64,000 nt of DNA, taken from assembly GCA_040220235.1 (NCBI GenBank), contig JAVJTO010000063.1; one strand, given 5' to 3'. This document shows positions 63,688 through 64,000 of the stretch, piece by piece. The stretch is from Coleofasciculus sp. B1-GNL1-01. Lineage in GTDB: Bacteria > Cyanobacteriota > Cyanobacteriia > Cyanobacteriales > Coleofasciculaceae. How positions within the stretch are numbered: the first letter of the stretch is position 1; each line of letters begins with the position of its first letter. A program made the position numbers and the translations under genes. The notes under the pieces are model-generated. The model ran no database searches and was not told where the DNA came from. It saw only the letters and a list, made by a program, of their open reading frames with translations.

Positions 63688-64000
63688 TTAATTTTGTAGA
63701 GATAGAGTCCTTGGCTTTGATTGGTGTTCACGTCGATGTAGCAACAAATAAGCCGCCGGAGTGAAGTACAATGCTAGGATGGGTGAACCCCCGATCCCCC
63801 CCGCGATCGCAATGGCTAAGGGTTGCCAGAAGGAACCGCCACTAATCAGTAAGGGAATAAATCCAACCATTGTGGTAATTGTGGTCGTTAGGACGTGGCG
63901 CGTGGCTTTAATCACCACCTCTACAACCGCTTGGCGATCGCCCTGACTCGCCCGTTCATCTTCATTAAAGGCAGACAGCACGATAATCGCCCCATTAATC
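63688..64000 (-). CDS. RND efflux permease (AcrB/CzcA family), C-terminal end
   Basis: INGAIIVL...TRHVLTTTITTMVGFIPL..SGGSFWQPLAIAIAGG matches the TM10-TM12 pattern of RND pumps; the gene starts beyond the window. Confidence 0.85.
   Translation of the reverse strand, partial: INGAIIVLSAFNEDERASQGDRQAVVEVVIKATRHVLTTTITTMVGFIPLLISGGSFWQPLAIAIAGGIGGSPILALYFTPAAYLLLHRREHQSKPRTLSLQN

Overview
Chromosomal window from a filamentous cyanobacterium. The evidence is dense HIP1 (GCGATCGC) octamers, heptamer/nonamer short tandem repeats, a HetZ-related gene and cyanobacterial-type ftsH/smc/guaA; a Coleofasciculus/Microcoleus-like host is an inference only. Core genes are ureC (5' part), ftsH, a UvrD-like helicase, guaA, cbiD, gatB, hypAB, smc and a class I aminotransferase. 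Interleaved signalling/conflict-type genes: (i) a Trypco1-like small protein plus trypsin-NACHT-TM operon; (ii) two Ser/Thr kinases, one with ankyrin repeats and one with an apparent premature TGA; (iii) a tandem pair of class III adenylate cyclases sharing a duplicated PAS-cyclase module, one fused to kinase-AAA-GAF; (iv) a TPR-CHAT protein with Cys->Val at the catalytic site, bracketed by perfect inverted REPs; (v) a caspase-like/STAND/WD40 protein with a degenerate catalytic dyad, bracketed by two copies of a MITE. The right end holds a co-oriented redox/detox cluster: RND permease, FAD monooxygenase-DoxX fusion, and a glutaredoxin fused to two tandem AhpD-like domains (one CxxC-intact, one degenerate, a sestrin-like layout). 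This is my best candidate for an undescribed system. Intergenic DNA is crowded with REPs and MITEs, including a three-level nested TA-duplicating insertion and REPs translated in frame inside smc and the caspase-STAND gene. No rRNA, tRNA, CRISPR array or transposase gene was seen. All family assignments are from motif recognition by eye, not database searches.
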